Source: Octopus bimaculoides (lineage: Eukaryota). Taken from it: a stretch of 64,000 nucleotides of DNA. Shown piece by piece: positions 57,231-64,000 of the stretch. Under the pieces are notes generated by a model. The model saw nothing but the letters and a program-made list of their open reading frames with translations, was not told where the DNA came from and did no database searches. The number at the start of each line of letters is the position of its first letter. Positions within the stretch are counted from its first letter, which is position 1. The position numbers and the translations under genes are program-made. The stretch covers positions 29,364,268 to 29,428,267 of the forward strand of contig NC_068998.1 of the NCBI RefSeq assembly GCF_001194135.2. The letters run 5' to 3'.

Positions 57231-58117
57231 TATGGATGAATAGATATGTATATCAAGCTTTGTTGGGGGAGGGGATTTGGTAGACAAAATATGACTGTGC
57301 ATGTGTGGTTGTACTTAAACATCCCAAGATAGCTGTAAATGAGTGTCACCGTAATACAAGTGGTAACATGTATCTCCAATCCTGTGGTCAGACATGTTTT
57401 TCAGAAAACTGGACATGATTGATACTGCTTGTATGACTGATATTCCTTTACATCTATCATGAGATGTCAAGACAAGGAGACACAAGCAGACACAATCTAG
57501 TCACCTGTATGTGTGTATATATATATATAACTTAAATTCTTGTAATGCTTTCTCTGTATAAATCTTTCATCTTTATTAGATACATGAGGTTTTGATGAAA
57601 TCCAGTTAGTATAAAAATCAAAAACTATGTATTAATTTCATGGGTAATAGTTTACATAAATAAATTTCTTATACAATAGAGACGTTGGTTTTGTTGTGAG
57701 TTTTCTGCAGCTCCATAAGAGCAGACATTTAATACAAAGGTATTAAATGAAATCTGGGATTGTGACCCTCGTGTTCTGTACACCCATTATCACATGCTTC
57801 AATCTGAGCCACAACCATGTTCAATGTTTGATCATGCAATATTTTTTCAGGAATATACATGGATTATTATGGTAGTTTAAGTATTTGCTATGTGGATAGC
57901 TTTTGTATGTTTGGGTAGTGATATCAGCAAAATCAGGAAAGATGCACTAAATTTGTGTGTGATAAATTTTGATGCAAAGCTCTTCCACATTCAACTTTTA
58001 TGTGGTTTATATGGAAGCTTATTCATCTTTTTTTTCTCCATAGACTTTTTTTTTTGTTTTGTGTTTAAATTTCAGTAATATTTGGTTTTTATATCTACTT
58101 TGTAATGCTTTAAAGCC

Positions 58118-58166
<49 letters not shown>

Positions 58167-59749
58167 AGATTTAGCTGAGTTAGAACTAGATTTCTGTACT
58201 CACATTCATGACCCCTTTGTAGGATCCTTGTATTAGACAATAGTATGCCTTCACTCAGTGAAATTTCTCCTTTAACAATAACCTTTAAGTGTTTATGCTT
58301 GTTTAATTTTTATAGTTAAAGCAATGTTGTTAATCTGGAATCAAAATTCTTAATGCATGTGTGTATGTGTGTGTTGAGGAATGTTTCTAAAACTTGCAAC
58401 TTACTTTACCAGTACCATAATTTCGTATTTCTTCTACATGATTGAGGTTTGCTAATAAAATGTTATTTTATAAAATCACAGCCCATAGCTGCTGGCAGCA
58501 CAGTGTAATGGCTACTACATGGAACTTCTAAATATAAATCTTGCTCATACTGATTTAACCCTTTCTCTGACTATTACACAGTTAACCCCTTTAAAGTCCA
58601 CAACTGCTGGCAGCATACTCATTGAACAGATATATTATTTCAATATGTTATCATCCTTATTCATTTATCATTGCTTTCTTTTCATAAAAATTCTCAGTCT
58701 TTTTCTCTACCAAGCAGATGAGGAAGGTCACTGGTCTGATTTTTAATTCAAACAAACTGTTTTAATGGAGGGGGAAGGGTGTTTATAAAACAATTTAGCC
58801 ATGTGGATTTGTGTTACTGTACATGTTTTCACATTATAACTAATAAATAAAAAAAAAGTATCTTGTGTATCTAGAACTAGAAGTTTATTCTTTTCTTTAC
58901 CTTTTATATTTTCTTTTCCATATTACATTAATTGTAACTTCATTTGATATGCCTGGAAGTGTGTGTATGTGTGTATCAGTTTCTTTTAACTAAACTGAAA
59001 GGTATGTTTTGTGTTGGTTGAATCTGCTGATATATTACTACGACTGTATCAACTCTGAAAAGATGGAAGACAAAATTGCCTAAGTGTTCACTATGTTGCT
59101 GTGTATGTGTATGGTCTTCGTACATAGTAATCCTGAAACAAAATGTTCAAATGCTACCTGTATTCTTTATGCTCACATTTTCCATCAAAATATAGAAACC
59201 AATATTAAATATACATGTATGCAAACATGACAGCAAGGTCCTTATCATAGATGGCAATTTCAGTGGTTATGCTGTATGCATGGAAGCTATGGATATAATA
59301 TGAGCAGAGAAGAAGGATCAAGCTGTCTTGGATTTGTACCACTTGCAACATGTTTCAGAAAGCCAGTTAACCAACTGACCATCTTCCACTCAGGTGCCAG
59401 ATGATTTTGTAAAGAGACCAGAAAACAAGACGTGCACAGTTATTGAGATCAGATGAATGTACCCTTACAGTTTAGATGAATAGCTCTCAACTTTAAACTG
59501 AAGATGAGAAAGAGTAAGCAAGCTGTGAGCCACTGACCAGTTTTGAGGAAGGGAAAAATAACCTAGCTACATAGACACGATGCAATAATATTAAACTAAG
59601 CATGAAGCATGACTAAAACAAATTGAGGTGATACATCTTGTATGCCTAACTAGGTGAGAAGCTAAGATGATATTCTGCCCTGTGAAAATGAGGTCTGCCA
59701 AGCAAATCTTTTTGCATTTATCGTTTGTTGCTTGTTCTTGGGTTTATGT

Positions 59750-60470
59750 AAGTTCCACTGTAAAAATACAAGTTGCAAACTTCACAAATCTGTATATTGG
59801 TCAGGGAAGTAAAACACTTTTGTAGATTTACCATGCATTTACAACAAATAAGCTACCATGAAATAAAGCTCTCCTGATGATGTCTTCAGCTAACTGGATC
59901 CTAATCCACCAAGGGAAGGTATGTCGGAAGAAAGTAATTCAACAACGCGGGTTGATGAACCGTAAGACGTGTGGCCAGAACCTCCTGGAAAATAACCATA
60001 GCGAGGGACATTCCACAGTTGAATTAGAACAGTCACAAACAGTGAAAGAAGACATGCACCCAACACCAGAGCTGAAGACACCTCTGAAAGGGGGTGGCCC
60101 CGCCACGTCAAAACGGTAGAGGAGTAGGGGCCGAAACCGGACGTGGTTCCTCCTCATGATGTCTTGAGCTAACTGGATCTTATAAATTCTTGAGCTAACT
60201 GGATCCTATAAATTCCCCACCACAAAAATATGTATTTGTGGAAGAAATAATCATATTACAACATAAAGTTAAAATTAATACACAAAACATACTCGCGTCA
60301 CAAACAGGATAGGCATTCTGCTGTGGACTTGTAACTCTACCAGCCAAAATATGTGCCTTGCATAGAACACTCATGATCAAGTTTTGGTTATAATGTTTGC
60401 ATAAACAAAAGTTTCCCACAATGAAAGAGATAATACAGAAATCAGTACCACTCCATATTCCAAAGATGGA
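59750..60470 (+). mobile_element. Probable PLE remnant (GIY-YIG piece plus terminal-repeat-like segment)
   Basis: CKNTSC..LYIGQ..RFTMHLQQI at ~59760-59850, followed by repeated TGATGTCTT(C/G)AGCTAACTGGATC. Confidence 0.45.
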
Positions 60471-61194
60471 CACTCAGCTTGGAATTGTTGATAAAAATGT
60501 ATTTGTGAATTTTATTGGTTTGGACATCACAAGGATTTAAACATAATAGGAGTGAGATGAAATGACATGAGAATTAAAGCTAGGAAAGAAAAACAAAATT
60601 GCTTAACGGAACATTTCTTCATTCACATCTGATTGGTATGGCTAGAAGCACTATGTTAAGTAATCCTAGTGAAACTGCTGTTTTTTTTGCCTTTAATTCT
60701 CACACCATTTCATCTCACCCTATTATGTCTAAAACCTTGTTATTTCCATGCTATTTGTTAAATAGTTAAGTTTAGCAATCTTAATGTTCAACTAAGCAAT
60801 TTCATTTTTCTTTTCTTGCTTTAATTCTCATGTCATTTCATCTTGCTCCTATTATGTCAAAAGCCTTGTTATTTCCTTGCTACATGTTAAATAACAGTTA
60901 AGCAATCCTAGTGAAAATCTGCTGTCTGTCTTTTTCACCTTTTTGTTTTGTTTGAATATTTTCTCCTAGAACCTCTGTACTGGAAACCTGTTCAGAATAC
61001 TCTCTTTCACCTCCTGCTTCTATTCTGTGGTCAATACCACTGCCTTGTCTCCTAGTAAATGTGGCAAATGTGAAGTGAATAAATGATGATGAATTAAATG
61101 CAGGTTGAGACCTATTTGGACTTTTATGATATGTTTGGGAAACGTCCATGCAAACTTTCTTTTCAGATGCAGAATGCTGTCCCCCATTACTGTA

Positions 61195-62765
61195 TTCCCT
61201 CTAGCCACTCCTTCCTTACCCTCAGAGTTGGCACACTCAATGTGGGCACATTAAAAGGTAGGTTTGGTGAGATTGTTGAGATGTTTAGAAAGAGAGCCTG
61301 GATAAGATGCAGTTTGGTTTCATGCCTGGGAGAAGCATGACTGATGTTATATTCCTGGTAAGGCAGCATCAGGAGGAGTATTGAGCCAAAAATGAACCTT
61401 TGTACTTTGCTTTTGTAGGCCTGGAGAAAGTCTTTGACAGGATTCCCTGCTCCCTTATCTGGTGGTCAATGTGGAAGCTAGGGATAAATGAGTGGTTGAT
61501 GAGAGCTGTACAAGCCATAAACAGGGATGCTGCCATTAAGGTGAAGATTGGCAATGAGTATAGCAATGAATTTAGTGTACAAGTAGTTCACCAAGGATCA
61601 GTTCTCAACCCCCTCTTGTTTATCATAGTGCCTCCAGGTATAACAAGGAATTAAAGACTTGCTGCCCTTAGGAGCTCCTCTACACTGATGACTTTGTTCT
61701 TATAGCTGAATCACTATCTACCTATAGAAGAAATTTCAGGTGTGGAAGCAAGGTTTGGAATCTAACGGCCTTTAGCAAAGGCCAAAGTCCCAGTAAGACA
61801 ATAGACAAATCACAGATCCCTTCAGAGTGATGACCCTGCTCAATTTGTAATAAGGGTGTTGGTAGAATTAGGAAAGTTAACAGAGAAAATAGTCTTTGTG
61901 TGTGGCATATGTGCTAGTACAATAAGCACTAAAAATGTGCATAGAAGAGACTTTCTCAAATGCTCAGGGGGCTCCTTAGCAGTGGAAGAGGAAGTTCTGA
62001 AAGCATAGTTGCTAGAATAAGAAGAGACTAGGCAAAGTTCAGAGAGCAACTACTTTTGTTAGTAACTAAGGGCCTATCCCACAGAGTGAAAGGCTGATTT
62101 TTATGTGTATATAGAGCTGTGCTACATGGCAGTGAAAATGGACTTTGATTACAGAGCACTTTGCAAAGGAAATGAAGCCAGCATGCTCCACTGGATGGGT
62201 AATGTCAGTGTAAATGATTTAAGAGGAAAACTGGGTATAAGAGACATCTGTTGTATGCAAGCGAGAAGACTGCTAGTATGGTCATGTGATGCACATGGAT
62301 GAGGACTTCTGTGTAAAGGTGCTGATCCCTAATTGTGGAGGGAACTTCTGGAAGAGGTAGCCTCAGGAAGACATGGAACAAAGTGGTGAGAAAGGATCAT
62401 CAGACACTAGGCTTCCCTGAGGAGATGACAAAGCACTGGGACTTGTGGTGATTTGCTCTATGTGAGAAGACAAGTCAAGCTAAGTAAAATCACAGCCACC
62501 ATACCTACAGGCATGTTCTTTATGGCCATGCACCCACTCCCTCTCTCAGCTGAGAGCTGCAGGGGCCAGTGCCATGTACTATGTGAAAGCACCCATGCCA
62601 GTGGCATGTAAAAAGCATCCGGCACACTCTGTAAAGTGGTTGGCATTAGGAAGGACATCCAGCCATAGAAACCATGCCAAAACAGACAATTGGAGTCTGG
62701 ACAGTTCTCCAGTTGGTTAACTCCTGTCAAACTGTCCAAACCATGCCAGCAATGATGATGATGAA
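61195..62765 (+). mobile_element. RTE LINE with large internal deletions, ending in an (ATG)n tail
   Basis: TLRVGTLNVGTLKGRFGEIVEM (APE N-terminus), FVGLEKVFDRIP, VHQGSVLNPLLFII, EASMLHWM, GRGSLRKTW, tail at 62745-62765. Confidence 0.9.
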
Positions 62766-62934
62766 GCTGGAAGATCTTATACAAAGATACAGATGAACTT
62801 AAAAATGATTAATTTGGAACATAGCTGTGTTTTCAATATATTTCTAAAATAAAAGTTGTTTGCTATATGTAAAGAAACATATACAAGTGTATGCACTATA
62901 TACATACATTATATATAAACATACTCTTATATAT

Positions 62935-63195
62935 AGCTCCAGGTCAAACAAAGCCTTGTAGATAGAATGGAAACTGTGTGAAAGCCTCTTGTATATATGT
63001 ATGTGAATATGTCTTTGTGTTTGCCACTGCTTGAGAATTAGTGTTGGTTTGTTTACGTCTCTGTAAATTAGTGGTTCAGACTGATAGAATAAATACCAGA
63101 TTTAAAGTAAGCCCTGGGGGCAATTTTCTCAACTAAACCCTTCAACATAGTGCTCTAGCATAGCTGCAATCCAATGACTGAAATGTGTAAAGAGT
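62935..63195 (+). mobile_element. Diverged SINE (head lost)
   Basis: AAAGCCTTGTAGATAGAATGGAAACTG...GTTTACGTCTCTGTAA...GTGCTCTAGCATAGCTGCAATCCAATGACTGAAA. Confidence 0.75.
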
Positions 63196-63209
63196 ATGTA
63201 TAATTTATG

Positions 63210-63900
63210 TACAAGGGTTCCACAAAAAGTAATGCTAGAGAGGGCATCCCTTTTTTTATTAACTGACATAGGTCATACACATTGCATGTGAACCACTGTG
63301 AAATACTGGCTCTTGAACTTTTTACGTCTCAGAAAAGATGTGTGATACCACTCCATGGACTGAGCCTTAGTTTCCAGATCATAAAGATATGCTCGCGTTT
63401 CATCTGTCACTAGATTAAGAAGGAAAAAAAAAACGTCTTCATTGGTCTCAAATTCTTCCAGCAGATCAGAAGAGACTTCCTTCAAATCAGGTGTCAACTG
63501 CCAAGCTAATCACTTTGCATACCTTTTCTGATACCCAAAGTCTTCCTCTATCTTCTGTAATGCATTGTGACTACAGTCTCATTGGGCAACGTGCTGACAG
63601 ATTGTAACTTGTCTGTCCACAGGTTCAGTTTGTCCATTCACTGGCAATTCATGTCAGTGGTCACAGTTGATGATTTCCCTCTGTGTTGTTTGCTTTCAGT
63701 GCTTATTTTCCATCATTAAACTTTGTCACCCCTCTGTGTGCATTGCTCTTGTAAATGCCTTCATCCTTGTAAACATACTGTAGTTTTCTATAAATGTTAG
63801 ACTGCCTGTACTCTTTCTTCGTCAAGAACTCAATGACAACATTGCTTCTGCTTTGAGCCCTTTACTTGCCTGCATTGTAGAAGAACAAGTGTTACTCTAC
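63210..63900 (-). mobile_element. Internally deleted mariner remnant
   Basis: VIEFLTK..IYRKLQYVY (N-terminus), NLVTDETRAYLYDLETKAQSMEWYH..KKFKSQ; TIR-like TACAAGGGTTCCACAAAAAGTAATG at ~63210. Confidence 0.8.
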
Positions 63901-64000
63901 CAACATGTATACATACAGACAAACTGTCAGCTAATAACAAAAGTATAGAGCCTTTTGCAGAACAACCTTTATACACACACACACAAACACACTGTGTGTG

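Overview
AT-rich eukaryotic genomic DNA, dense in microsatellites and transposons, with nine N-gaps (8035-8265, 22144-22675, 23412-24357, 25206-25850, 30204-30305, ~34872-34882, 35246-35730, 55345-55354, 56683-56850). The tRNA-headed SINEs, RTE LINEs with (ATG)n tails and a multi-finger C2H2 gene point to an octopod cephalopod (inference, not verified). One clear host gene is present: an uninterrupted 1022-aa ORF (45497-48565, +) with 15 C2H2 fingers, two poly-Asp tracts and a Gln/His-rich tail. Most of the rest is decayed mobile DNA: Penelope-like elements (PLEs), RTE, CR1-like, L1/Tx1-like and CRE-like non-LTR elements, a deleted Gypsy, two solo LTRs, mariner and DD41D-like transposons, hAT remnants, a Charlie-type MITE and many SINEs. 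The most notable signals are a near-canonical minimal hammerhead ribozyme at 43-98, a ~960-bp palindrome (55355-56313) whose outer ends carry hammerhead motifs, and two CRE-clade retroelement copies with restriction-like endonucleases. Boundaries of degenerate elements are approximate. All family calls come from motif reading by eye, not from database searches.
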